Source: Candidatus Levybacteria bacterium RIFCSPHIGHO2_01_FULL_41_15
GTDB lineage: Bacteria; Patescibacteriota; Microgenomatia; Levybacterales; UBA12049
Assembly: GCA_001782165.1 (NCBI GenBank)
Contig: MFNV01000009.1
Coordinates: forward strand, 56,123 to 120,122
DNA length: 64,000 bases
Direction: 5' to 3'
The notes beneath the pieces are model-generated. The model made no database searches, was not told where the DNA came from, and worked only from the letters and a program-made list of their open reading frames with translations. Position numbers and translations under genes: made by a program. This document shows, piece by piece, positions 37,351 through 46,640 of this stretch; within the stretch, counting starts at the first letter, position 1, and the number at the start of each line of letters is the position of its first letter.

Positions 37351-37863
37351 TTAGAATTTGTAAAGAAACAGATTATCCTTAATCCTTGATTCATAATTCT
37401 TAATTCCTAATTCATACTTACGACTCACGATCCTTGTTCCTTTTTTTAATTCTTTCTTAAACTTTGGCAAAAGTTTTTCAAGAGCTTTGGGGACAAGATA
37501 AACTACTACAACCGTTGCCTTTGATAAATCGGTCTTGAAAAAATCTTCCTGTCTTATCTCAACTTTATTTAGTAGATTATTAAACCAAACCCTAATTCTT
37601 GCTATCCAAACTCGCAGAGGATCAATCTCTATTCCAACCCCCTTAGCCCCAAACTCTTTTGCTGCTGTTATAAGAAATGTTCCGTCTCCGCATCCGAGAT
37701 CATAAACAAGGTCTGACCTTGTAATCTTGGCCAATTTACAAATCTCTCTTGCAATTTTTCTATTTGTTCTCCACCACGGCGCCCATGGGCTGTCCGGCGG
37801 CCAAACCGCAGATAAAATTAATAGCAGAAAAATAATTATCAATAATAAGATCAGTTCAAGCAT
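37351..37863 (-). CDS. Class I SAM-dependent methyltransferase with N-terminal TM helix
   Basis: 'VYDLGCGDGTFLITAA' (motif I) and 'VVVVYLVP' (motif II-like). Confidence 0.72.
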   Translation of the reverse strand: MLELILLLIIIFLLLILSAVWPPDSPWAPWWRTNRKIAREICKLAKITRSDLVYDLGCGDGTFLITAAKEFGAKGVGIEIDPLRVWIARIRVWFNNLLNKVEIRQEDFFKTDLSKATVVVVYLVPKALEKLLPKFKKELKKGTRIVSRKYELGIKNYESRIKDNLFLYKF

Positions 37864-37991
37864 CCTAACTAAAATCTCAAACTCAAAGCACCAAATCCTA
37901 AATAATATTTAATTTCAAATTACCGAAACCCAAAACGGTTTAATATTTGTATTTTGTATTTTGAATTTATTTGGAATTTGTAATTTTGGAT

Positions 37992-38282
37992 TTAAAATTT
38001 ATAAACAACTTTCCCTATAATCTGTTGTCTAGATATCCAACCAATTTTCTTACTATCGAAACTGTCTTTAATATTATCTCCTTCTAAAAAACAACTGTCA
38101 CTTTTTATCTTCGATATTCTTTTGATATAAGTTTTGCCCTTATATTTAAACACTGCAACATCTCCAACCTTAGGTTTTAAAAATATATAAGGGATAGGGC
38201 TTGCCAAAACTGTCTGCCCGTTTTTCAAAAAGGGCTCCATGCTGTGACCAACTACTCGAAATCTAGCCAGAAGGGAAAACAT
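37992..38282 (-). CDS. sodX: Ni-SOD maturation endopeptidase (SodX, S26/S24-fold)
   Basis: 'VVGHSMEP…GDNIKDSFDSKKIGWI' signal-peptidase-like Ser/Lys dyad region. 96 aa, no TM, directly downstream of sodN. Confidence 0.6.
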   Translation of the reverse strand: MFSLLARFRVVGHSMEPFLKNGQTVLASPIPYIFLKPKVGDVAVFKYKGKTYIKRISKIKSDSCFLEGDNIKDSFDSKKIGWISRQQIIGKVVYKF

Positions 38283-38390
38283 GCTTCTTAATTTTCAATT
38301 TGAAATTTGAAATTTGAAATCAATTTTGAATGCTTTAAATTTAAAAAATTTAGATTTGAATGAAAATTAGAAATTAAAAATTTAAAATTA

Positions 38391-38894
38391 CTACTTGTGG
38401 CTTACAATTTCACCTTCCGTAGGATAGCCTGAAGAAACGCGTACAGGTTCTAAATTTTTTGTTTTATAAAATATTTCAGCAATTTGCATAGTAGCATCAA
38501 GCAATTTTTTTGCAGCATCGATATCTATATTTTGGCGTGTTTTGATAGAAAGCATAACCCCCTCTTCAATTAGAGATTTCAAATTCGGAAACTTTTTAAA
38601 ATGCTCGTCTTTGAAGTAATCATTTTCCAAAGTTCCAAGCTCTTCTTCGACTAATTCCCCGTGCTCTTCTTTAACGCGAGTTAACCTTGCAATCTGGGAT
38701 ATAATTCTTTTTCTTTCTTCAAAATCCGGCTCTTGTCTTGAGGGCTTTAATTCATCAAGCATATTTGTCATGCGAAGAACAGTATGTGCTGCCATTTGTG
38801 CATTATGAGGATCATAAATTCCGCAGGGAATATCACAATGCGTAAACGCTGTCTGCTCCGGCAAAAATTTTGAGATTAAACTAAAAATCTTCAC
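38391..38894 (-). CDS. sodN: Nickel-containing superoxide dismutase precursor
   Basis: '…AFT|HCDIPCGIYDP' Ni-hook motif (His-Cys-x-x-Pro-Cys-Gly-x-Tyr) after a short propeptide. Confidence 0.85.
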   Translation of the reverse strand: MKIFSLISKFLPEQTAFTHCDIPCGIYDPHNAQMAAHTVLRMTNMLDELKPSRQEPDFEERKRIISQIARLTRVKEEHGELVEEELGTLENDYFKDEHFKKFPNLKSLIEEGVMLSIKTRQNIDIDAAKKLLDATMQIAEIFYKTKNLEPVRVSSGYPTEGEIVSHK

Positions 38895-38958
38895 AGCAAC
38901 CCCATTATACCACCCTCCATCAAAGATTAATAAGAAACTCGTATGAGATAAGGAAAAC

Positions 38959-39273
38959 TTGACAGATCCGTTGATCTTAAGTTATATAGATATTATGACC
39001 AATAAGATTCTGTATTGGGGAATAGGAATCCTAGTACTTATTCTGGCCCTCGGAGGGTATCTTTTACTATCAAGACCGGGAAATTTAAAGTATCTCCAAG
39101 AAGAAAAGCAGGCCGCTCCTCTTACAAGACAGAATGCTGATTCATCCCTACAGCAAACAGAATCAAACATAGAGACTCAGTTAAATCAGGCAGATCAGGA
39201 TCTTAAAGCAGCTGAAGAAGCAGATATTTCCACGCAAACACAGGAAGATTTAAGCACGATAAATGGTTTATGA
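38959..39273 (+). CDS. Bitopic membrane protein, unknown
   Basis: N-terminal TM with a Q/E-rich tail. Confidence 0.4.
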   Translation: MTDPLILSYIDIMTNKILYWGIGILVLILALGGYLLLSRPGNLKYLQEEKQAAPLTRQNADSSLQQTESNIETQLNQADQDLKAAEEADISTQTQEDLSTINGL

Positions 39274-40064
39274 GGAAAATCTTAATTGTATTTATAACAT
39301 TTGCAATAGGGTTTAATTTTATTCCCACTGTCTCGGCTCAGTTTAATGTCGATAAAATCCGCGAACAGATTAATAAAGAAATAGGAAGACTCGAGAAGAA
39401 AGCAAGCACAGCCGCTGACAATCAAGAAAAGCGGCTTTCAAAAATCAAAGAGACCGCAGGAAAACTTATAGACAAGAGGGTAAATGATCTTAATAAACTT
39501 TTGACAAGAATTGAGAATGACAAAAAATTATCGACAGAAGAAAAAACAACTCTTAAGGCCGGGATTCAGGCATCTATAGATGGGCTAGCGGCACTTAAAG
39601 CCAAAATTCAGGCAGATACCGATATTGATACTGCAAAACAGGATACAAAAACCATTATTACAAGCTACTATGTTTACAAAATTTTTATCCCAAAAATCAG
39701 ACTCTCGATTGCAATAAGCACTCTTGAGGAATTGTCGACAAACTTATCCTCCTTATCAAATGAGATACAAAATCTTATAGATACCCTCAAAAACGAAGGC
39801 AAAGATGTGTCAAGCTTAGAACAGCTTCTTGATGATATGACCTCAAGAATCCAAGCCATAAATACAACTCTTTTAAATGACAAAACAAAGCTTGCCTCTA
39901 TAACTTTATCAACATCTGATGCAACTCCTATTTTCGTTGAGGTAAGGCAAGATTTGGCAAAAGTGAGAAGCGAATTTGCCAAGATAAGATACGATATAGC
40001 TCAAATGAGGGCAGACTTCAAGATAGTTTTAAAAACTTCAAAAGGCGCTTCCGTGACTCCCTAG
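39270..40064 (+). CDS. Secreted coiled-coil protein, unknown
   Basis: Signal peptide 'MRKILIVFITFAIGFNFIPTVSAQ' followed by heptad-rich sequence. Confidence 0.5.
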   Translation: MRKILIVFITFAIGFNFIPTVSAQFNVDKIREQINKEIGRLEKKASTAADNQEKRLSKIKETAGKLIDKRVNDLNKLLTRIENDKKLSTEEKTTLKAGIQASIDGLAALKAKIQADTDIDTAKQDTKTIITSYYVYKIFIPKIRLSIAISTLEELSTNLSSLSNEIQNLIDTLKNEGKDVSSLEQLLDDMTSRIQAINTTLLNDKTKLASITLSTSDATPIFVEVRQDLAKVRSEFAKIRYDIAQMRADFKIVLKTSKGASVTP

Positions 40065-40231
40065 CTTTTGCGCATAAAATCAAGAACTACCGAAACTGCC
40101 ATTAGCACAACTCCTATCCAAACATTTGCCAAAGACGGGATAAGTACCGCAATCAAAAGCCCCAAACCAAGCCCAAACAAACTGTGTATTAACACATGGG
40201 GAGTAAAACACTCTTTCATTTTTGCATTCAT
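40061..40231 (-). CDS. Possible small (56 aa) 2-TM membrane protein
   Basis: Own translation gives MNAKMKECFTPHVLIHSLFGLGLGLLIAVLIPSLANVWIGVVLMAVSVVLDFMRKS. It is below the track's length cut-off. Confidence 0.25.
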   Translation of the reverse strand: MNAKMKECFTPHVLIHSLFGLGLGLLIAVLIPSLANVWIGVVLMAVSVVLDFMRKS

Positions 40232-40288
40232 AAAATAATCACACCCCCTCCAGCTCCAGAGCTTTAAAATAAACTCAATAACAACATC

Positions 40289-40507
40289 TTACTTGGCACT
40301 GCAGATCTTACAGTCCTTCATGTGGGTTGCAGCAATATAAACCGCTGAAAGACCTACCAGAACATAAACAAGCTTTGTCAGACCTGAACCTGCTCCCAAA
40401 ATTAAAGCTACAACATCAAGATTTAAAAGACCGACCAATCCCCAATTTAATGCACCTATAATTGTAAGAGTAAAGGTTACCATGTGAAGCGCTTTCATCC
40501 TCATCAC
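40289..40507 (-). CDS. DUF378-family small membrane protein
   Basis: '…IIGALNWGLVGL…LVYVLVGLSAVY' is typical of the DUF378 family. Confidence 0.55.
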   Translation of the reverse strand: MMRMKALHMVTFTLTIIGALNWGLVGLLNLDVVALILGAGSGLTKLVYVLVGLSAVYIAATHMKDCKICSAK

Positions 40508-40555
40508 CTCCTTTCTCTTCTATCTTAGGCATATTCTTAAAAAATAATCAAGGGA

Positions 40556-40939
40556 TCAACTTGACTTAGTTTGTACAAGCTGAAAATAATTACCCTCCGG
40601 ATCCTCAAAAGTCGCTATAAATCCGTAGTCTTCAACATGATATATATCCTGAACTAACTTGACTTTCTCCTTTTTAAGCTTCCTGACATCTTTTTTAATA
40701 TCGTCCACTTCAAAATTAATTATAGTCCTTTGCGGATTCTTGTTTTTTCCTTTCACCTCCGAGTGGTCTATAATATAAAGATTGCTTCCGCTTTTCATCT
40801 CAAAAACATAAATTGATTCATCGTGCTCACCCATTATTCCTTCAAAGCTTACCTTAAGACCGATTTTTTTCACATAGAAATCCGAAAGCTTCGCAGCATC
40901 TGATGAAAAAAAGTTTATTCCTTCAATTCCTTTTATCAT
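40556..40939 (-). CDS. VOC-family (glyoxalase/bleomycin-resistance) protein
   Basis: 127 aa with a paired βαβββ-type sequence pattern. Confidence 0.65.
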   Translation of the reverse strand: MIKGIEGINFFSSDAAKLSDFYVKKIGLKVSFEGIMGEHDESIYVFEMKSGSNLYIIDHSEVKGKNKNPQRTIINFEVDDIKKDVRKLKKEKVKLVQDIYHVEDYGFIATFEDPEGNYFQLVQTKSS

Positions 40940-41063
40940 ATTTCACCCCCTTTCCTTGGAAGATTTATTATGTGCAAGGATTTATATTCTGTCAATATGT
41001 CTTTTTTACTTCAGGGCCCAAATTGTAGCCTCTTTTATAAATTTGAGATTAAATATAAGACGA

Positions 41064-41747
41064 TTATTTGGAGGCAAGATTAAAGACTGAAAAATAACTA
41101 TTCATTGTCCCGCATCCGTACTGCCATTTACTATTTAGGATATTTTCTCTGTGTCCTGCCGTTGATTTTGCCCACCCCTCATTTACTACATAATCAGGTG
41201 TCCTCTGATCACTTGATGAAAAAGTTACCTCCCCCATTGATTTAAATTCTGACTGGGATTTGAAATATTTATCAAACCCAGCATGATTATCAAGACTTCC
41301 AAGAGAAATTAGTTCACTCAATCTGCTTTGTGAAATAGAGCAAAGAGTTCCGCTTGACAACAATTCTGAAATGCCGTTTGATCGCCTGAAAGCATTCACC
41401 GAGTTTAATAAATCAGAAGAACTTGAAGGCTGATTATTGTTCTCTTCTTTGCCCAAAATAGGAGGGGCTATGGGGGTCGGCAAAAAACTATTCGGAGTTC
41501 TGGTTGGGATTGGAGTTGGGATTAAGGCTGGAGTCGGGGTTGGAATTATTTTAAACTCGGGGACATCCACTTTTGATTCTGAAGCGGCCTTGATTGATTT
41601 TTCGATTTTCTGATCCCCTGTTGAAAAAGATACTAGAGCAAAAAACAAAAGGATAAAAAGGGTTGAAGAAATTCTGGGAAATTTACTTAAAAATTTTACT
41701 GCTTCTAAAAATATTTCTTTTGAAAAATGGGCAGTTTTAGACATCAA
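41064..41747 (-). CDS. Secreted CAP (SCP/PR-1-like) domain protein with PT-rich linker
   Basis: C-terminal '…STAGHRENILNSKWQYGCG' CAP signature and an N-terminal signal/anchor. Confidence 0.55.
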   Translation of the reverse strand: MMSKTAHFSKEIFLEAVKFLSKFPRISSTLFILLFFALVSFSTGDQKIEKSIKAASESKVDVPEFKIIPTPTPALIPTPIPTRTPNSFLPTPIAPPILGKEENNNQPSSSSDLLNSVNAFRRSNGISELLSSGTLCSISQSRLSELISLGSLDNHAGFDKYFKSQSEFKSMGEVTFSSSDQRTPDYVVNEGWAKSTAGHRENILNSKWQYGCGTMNSYFSVFNLASK

Positions 41748-41932
41748 TATCCCAAAATAGATTTTCTGTTGTTTGACGGGTTACTGTCCGGCTTGGTTTT
41801 AAGATGAGAATTGATAAATTTTCCTGTCGCCTTTCTTATGTATCCACTCTGAAGATAAAGCATGCCACCGTTTTTATATTTCCTGCGAGTTTTTCTCTTG
41901 GGCAAACGGGATGGGGCTTGTTTGCCAACCAT
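41744..41932 (-). CDS. Small basic protein, unknown
   Basis: 62 aa, rich in K and R. No confident family assignment. Confidence 0.3.
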   Translation of the reverse strand: MVGKQAPSRLPKRKTRRKYKNGGMLYLQSGYIRKATGKFINSHLKTKPDSNPSNNRKSILGY

Positions 41933-41973
41933 ATATTTTATAATAACAACCTATAGAATATTTTGCAAACAGG

Positions 41974-42117
41974 TTATTTAATTGCTCCTCCTCCCGGATC
42001 CCACCTTCCATGCTCATCCCGGGTATTTTTGGTCCTTTTACTCAAGATAAAATTCCCTTCTCCATCATGGCAAAAGAAAACTACCCCAACACCAATATAT
42101 TCAACTCCCTCTTCCAT
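41974..42117 (-). pseudogene. Truncated NUDIX hydrolase remnant (N-terminal 47 aa only)
   Basis: 'MEEGVEYIGVGVVFFCHDGEGNFILSKR…GRWDPGGGAIK*' stops just before where the Nudix box would be. No continuation in any other frame. Confidence 0.35.
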
Positions 42118-42154
42118 CTCTTTGACCCTTCTGATTCTTGCAAACTTACTATAA

Positions 42155-42535
42155 CTATTTAACCAGCTCCTTAAGGTTTTTTGGGAAACCGCGCAAAAGC
42201 AAAAGTGCAAGGGGTGCTCCCCAATTTGTCCATCTTTCTACAAAATCCCATATCGGCTCTCCCACCAATGGCCTTACAAGTGCGGTCCAGAATCCCCAAA
42301 AGACAGCCCATAGAAGCGCCAACTTAACAGGCTTTACCAAAACAATAAGTGCTATTAATAAATCCAACAAACCTATAAGAACCAGAAGTTGAGAAGCCAT
42401 GACATTATCCGCACCTGTTAATTGCTGGACCCATCCAATCCACTGCTTTTTTCCCTGAAGGGCAAAAGTACCGTGTCCTAAGAATTCTCCTGCGACTACT
42501 ATTCGTAAAACCCATTGAACTTTATCATTATTCAT
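42155..42535 (-). CDS. Polytopic membrane protein, unknown
   Basis: 126 aa with 3-4 TM helices. Confidence 0.45.
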   Translation of the reverse strand: MNNDKVQWVLRIVVAGEFLGHGTFALQGKKQWIGWVQQLTGADNVMASQLLVLIGLLDLLIALIVLVKPVKLALLWAVFWGFWTALVRPLVGEPIWDFVERWTNWGAPLALLLLRGFPKNLKELVK

Positions 42536-42590
42536 TTTTCAATCGAGTCTGACTCGATTTTCACCTCCCTCCCTAATTTTATAAATTCGG

Positions 42591-43169
42591 TTATGGTCTT
42601 AGCCATGATGATGCGGAGATAACTAAAAAGATTCCAGATGCATTCAGGATAAAGGATAAGATTAAAAATTTGTAAGTTTTCATTCTTGAAATACCCATCA
42701 AACTTACTCCAATCTCATCCGGAAGAGGAGATGCGATAATTATTGCTCCGAAGACAGGAAACGTCCAGCTGAAGTATTTTGTGTGGAGAATCCTTACGAG
42801 ATGATTGTTGTGATCTATATGATTATAAATAGCTTTTAATTCCCCTGCCAAATTATCTCTTACAAATCGGAAGATTGTAAAATCTCCCAATACTGCTCCG
42901 AGTCCTGCAAAAATTCCAATTTCAACCGGAGATAATTTTTCCGAAAGAACAAGTAGAATCACACCACCCGTTGCTACTGTAAAAGTTGAAACGAATAAAA
43001 TTCCGGCTATAAAAGCTCCTATATAACCTAAGTCCCCCAAACCCAGAAGAAACTGATGAAATGATTCCAAACGGAAAAGGATTACGGCAATTATCAATGA
43101 AACGCCTAGGAGAGATAAATTTTTATACTTTAAGTGCTGCCAAAAATTAACCACATCAAGGGTTAACAA
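42591..43169 (-). CDS. Polytopic membrane protein, unknown
   Basis: 192 aa, hydrophobic. Confidence 0.45.
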   Translation of the reverse strand: MLTLDVVNFWQHLKYKNLSLLGVSLIIAVILFRLESFHQFLLGLGDLGYIGAFIAGILFVSTFTVATGGVILLVLSEKLSPVEIGIFAGLGAVLGDFTIFRFVRDNLAGELKAIYNHIDHNNHLVRILHTKYFSWTFPVFGAIIIASPLPDEIGVSLMGISRMKTYKFLILSFILNASGIFLVISASSWLRP

Positions 43170-43170
43170 A

Positions 43171-43368
43171 CTATTTTTTGCTCTTTACAAGAACATTTGC
43201 CGAAAGAGCAAAAAAACCTGCGACAACAAGAGCAACGATGCTTGCCCACATTGGGACGACCCAGTTGCCCAAAGTTGCCTGCCAGCCAAAGATGAGTCTT
43301 AAAAGATGAAGTATGGCAATACCTGCAAAGACTATTCCTGAAAATTGGATATATCCTTTCCCTTTCAT
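43171..43368 (-). CDS. Small 2-TM membrane protein
   Basis: 65 aa. Confidence 0.4.
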   Translation of the reverse strand: MKGKGYIQFSGIVFAGIAILHLLRLIFGWQATLGNWVVPMWASIVALVVAGFFALSANVLVKSKK

Positions 43369-43440
43369 TTCCTCACCTCCTTAAAATACCTGTATTCCTA
43401 GAATAGAACTTTTTAATTACCTAAGTCAACTCCTTTAGTC

Positions 43441-43938
43441 TTAGGTAATTTTCAATATTTTTCCTATAACAAGCCCTATTGCTGTGGTTATTCCACCAAG
43501 GCTCAATATCTCAAAAGCGCTAGGAATAGGATTGACTTTTACCATTTTTGCTTTAAGAAAACCTAGGATAAAAAGACCAACAAGAGCAGATATTACGCTT
43601 ATGCTGGCAGAGGCAGGAAGCGGAAAAATAACAACCGGGATAACAGGAACAAGCCCTCCTAGAAAATAAGAAACAAACATCAAAGAACCGACAATATAAA
43701 GATTGTCTGTATGTCTTCCTGTTTTGTCCATCTGATGAACTGATTTCTCGCTCTGGTATTGTCCGACTCCCATTGACAGAGCTTCTACAATTATTGTGAC
43801 TATTCCCGCAAGAACTACCGTATCTTTGTGATTGGATCCTGCAGCAACTCCTGCCACAACTCCTGTTGTTGAAACTAGTGCATCCTGGAAACCAAAAATA
43901 ATGCTTCTTAAATAATCTTCATGAATATCTTTAAACAT
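43441..43938 (-). CDS. VIT1/CCC1-family iron/manganese transporter
   Basis: 'GFQDALVSTTGVVAGVAAG' family signature. Polytopic. Confidence 0.72.
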   Translation of the reverse strand: MFKDIHEDYLRSIIFGFQDALVSTTGVVAGVAAGSNHKDTVVLAGIVTIIVEALSMGVGQYQSEKSVHQMDKTGRHTDNLYIVGSLMFVSYFLGGLVPVIPVVIFPLPASASISVISALVGLFILGFLKAKMVKVNPIPSAFEILSLGGITTAIGLVIGKILKIT

Positions 43939-43973
43939 AAAATTATTATAACAGAAGACAAAGCGGTTGCTGC

Positions 43974-44720
43974 CTATTCAACAATTATATACCCATTCAT
44001 TATGGCTTCATGGGCGGAACAATGGTAAGGATAAATTCCGAAAGTACTAAAAGTTAAAGAGTAGGAATCTCCCTTTTTAAGAGCTTTTGAATTTTGATTT
44101 GGATAATAAGTATGGGCCGGATGTGAATCCGTATTTACATAATGCTCCGCCTCATCATCATTTACCCATGTTACTCTTGTTCCCTTGTTTATCTTAATGT
44201 CCATCGGCACAAACTTAATTTGTGACATACTAATTGTTACTTCTTTCTTGTCTGTCATATCCTCAAATGAAGATTTTAAATTTTTATCTACAGCAAATTG
44301 AAAATGCCCATCATGACAAGTCCTATCCGGCCAGCAAGCATTGTAGAAAACAGTATAAGTTCCATCCGGGGAATTGGGATCCATATTTCTTCTCATTGAA
44401 AGTTTGTTCCCGTCAATTACTGTCTCGCCTACGCCGTAATCTTTTCCATCTTTTTCAATTTTTATTTCGGAAGGTTTTGCCAAATCAAAGTTAAAATTTA
44501 TAACAACATTCACAGGAGCTCCCGCAAGAGTTAAGGCATGCTCCGGGGCATTGCTTTCATAATGAGCGCTTTTTTTAGGAGTGGCAAAAGAAGCAGAGGA
44601 AGAGCTTTCTTGGGAGGAAGTATTAATGGCTGGGGTTGGTGATGAGGGTCTATTCAAAAGTAAATAACCCCCTCCAAAAACAACCGCAACTGCTGCTATC
44701 AAAATTATTACCCTATTCAT
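43974..44720 (-). CDS. Secreted cupredoxin (blue-copper) domain protein
   Basis: C-terminal 'YHCSAHEAIMNGYIIV' type-1 Cu ligand set (Cys, His, Met) and an N-terminal signal peptide. Confidence 0.68.
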   Translation of the reverse strand: MNRVIILIAAVAVVFGGGYLLLNRPSSPTPAINTSSQESSSSASFATPKKSAHYESNAPEHALTLAGAPVNVVINFNFDLAKPSEIKIEKDGKDYGVGETVIDGNKLSMRRNMDPNSPDGTYTVFYNACWPDRTCHDGHFQFAVDKNLKSSFEDMTDKKEVTISMSQIKFVPMDIKINKGTRVTWVNDDEAEHYVNTDSHPAHTYYPNQNSKALKKGDSYSLTFSTFGIYPYHCSAHEAIMNGYIIVE

Positions 44721-44812
44721 CCAGTTTTTGTTGTACCTTTTTTAAAAAACGCTGTCAAACTCTATTTTCGTTTATTGATATGGTTCTCACGAAGAAATTA
44801 TAGCAGCCTAAT

Positions 44813-45040
44813 TTAGGCTATTTTGATACTAATTCTCTGGTATTTTCTTAAGTTTACTCTTTTTTGTCTCTCGTCGGTATTCTTTATTCTTAATGCGGTT
44901 TCCCTGTCTATTCTATCCTGGCATTTTTTATCAAGACATCTATATTCTTGGGTCGTGACAGGCGTTCTTGATCCTTCAATCATTTCAATTTTCTCCCGAA
45001 GCAATATTAATCTCCCACTACACTGAGCACAATATCTCAT
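44813..45040 (-). CDS. Zn-ribbon protein, unknown
   Basis: CxxC…CxxC pairs (CAQC … CLDKKC). Confidence 0.4.
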   Translation of the reverse strand: MRYCAQCSGRLILLREKIEMIEGSRTPVTTQEYRCLDKKCQDRIDRETALRIKNTDERQKRVNLRKYQRISIKIA

Positions 45041-45291
45041 ATTTTTGAAGTATGTTTTTAGGACATGGAATTAATAGATAGAGGAAACTAAAAAGGGGCC
45101 TTTTTTAATTAGATCTAGAATTAATTCCTTTCTAATTGTACCACATTTTGGGAAAAAATTCCGGGGGGATTAATATCAAATTTTTCTTGAAGATTTCAGA
45201 TCGGAATCTTGAGAAACTTCACGACTTTTTACGAAAACAGGAGACCCAATGGCACCCTCCATCTTCATGAAAAAATTATAGCAGGCGTGTC

Positions 45292-45720
45292 CTATTTTTC
45301 TATTTTAAGAATTTCAAAACCTTTCCTAATTGCATTTCCTTCATCGTCATTATCTGCAAAATAATTACCAATCTCATTTTCCGAGATCCACTTGTAATCT
45401 TCGTGATCTTTTTTTCTAATTCTGATTTCCTGACTGGGATTCTTCATCTTAGCTAAATATAAAACTTCAATAACATGATCGGAATCATTGTTCATAATAT
45501 AAGTAAACTCAAAATACGGCTTTCTAAGTATTATTTTCATATTAAACTCTTCCTGCATTTCTCTTTTTAAACATTCCTCCAGTGTTTCGCCAAATTCAAC
45601 ATGACCACCGGGCAATTCCCATTTTCCGGGCAAAAAAGATTTAGTCTTAGCGCGTTTGCCAATCAAAGCTTTTCCGTCTTTGTAGAGAAAAACACATGCA
45701 GTTATTATTTGCCTCTTCAT
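45292..45720 (-). CDS. NUDIX hydrolase
   Basis: 'GKWELPGGHVEFGETLEECLKREMQEEFNM' Nudix box. Confidence 0.85.
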   Translation of the reverse strand: MKRQIITACVFLYKDGKALIGKRAKTKSFLPGKWELPGGHVEFGETLEECLKREMQEEFNMKIILRKPYFEFTYIMNNDSDHVIEVLYLAKMKNPSQEIRIRKKDHEDYKWISENEIGNYFADNDDEGNAIRKGFEILKIEK

Positions 45721-45747
45721 GAAGCAATTATAGCAGGAGAGAAATTA

Positions 45748-46371
45748 TTAAAATCCTAGTTTTTTGTTTACGAGGATAAATCTTATTTTTCTGTCCAACA
45801 TTGGATTTTCTCCTTTAAAAATCAGAATTTTGTTAAGTGAGGTTCCCGATCCGTATTTTTGCATCATATGTTCATTTTCAAGCGGAACTACATATTCCTC
45901 CAAACGCTCCATCGCGGCTTTTAAAGATGGCACGATCTTCTGGGCTCCGACAACAAATATAAGATTTTGCGAAGTAGAGGCTATATGAGGCAACTGGCTT
46001 GCGGTGTTTGAGGCAACTATAAATTCTCCATTTTCTAAAAGAGCGTGAACACTCCCCAAATAGTAATCAGAGAGCGCGGCTTGTTTGCGAAGCATTGATT
46101 GCTTGATGGGATCTTTTTCCTCAACGATTGCTTTGTGTATGTTATTCCATCTGTGCTCTCCGGACTTAAGATAATCAACGAATCCTATTTGCTCAAGCGT
46201 AACCGAAGATCCATTCATAACTGAAGCGCCCTTCGGAATTAGTTCTTTAATCTCTGATAGCGCATCCTCTGCTTTTTCTACAACAAAGACCTCATACCCC
46301 TTATTCTCAAGCGAAGATTTTGTTCTTTCAATTGTACTTCGGTCTGCTAACTTACCCCAATTATTTTTCAT
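45748..46371 (-). CDS. LUD-domain (LutC-like) protein
   Basis: 207-aa pattern typical of YkgG/LutC. Confidence 0.6.
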   Translation of the reverse strand: MKNNWGKLADRSTIERTKSSLENKGYEVFVVEKAEDALSEIKELIPKGASVMNGSSVTLEQIGFVDYLKSGEHRWNNIHKAIVEEKDPIKQSMLRKQAALSDYYLGSVHALLENGEFIVASNTASQLPHIASTSQNLIFVVGAQKIVPSLKAAMERLEEYVVPLENEHMMQKYGSGTSLNKILIFKGENPMLDRKIRFILVNKKLGF

Positions 46372-46640
46372 ATTAACTATGTATTAGATCCTTAAATTAG
46401 GAAGAGTTCCCAAAGAAGCTCTATTTGCGTCGCTTGCTTTTTTTATTAGCAAGCATTTCGTATTTTATCGCAAGTCTTTTTTTGGTTTTATATGAGTGGG
46501 TTCTTTTCATTTTCCCAACTCCTGTATCTCTTTTTGCCATAGATACAATTATACTATTTTATAAGCAGCATTACTAAGACTAAAACCAAACCAATCGATG
46601 TCACTGGTAAAGTGATCTTCCCTAATGTGATAGCATAAAT

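Noticed and set aside
45095-45111. AAAAAGGGGCCTTTTTT palindrome as a bidirectional terminator
   Set aside because: The stem is essentially A/T with only a GGCC core, too weak to call. It is in a 250-bp AT-rich spacer.
46466-46540. 24-codon minus-strand ORF 'MAKRDTGVGKMKRTHSYKTKKDLR' resembling the start of ribosomal protein L34
   Set aside because: It is too short and only the MKRT tetrapeptide matches. There is no rnpA context. Probably chance.
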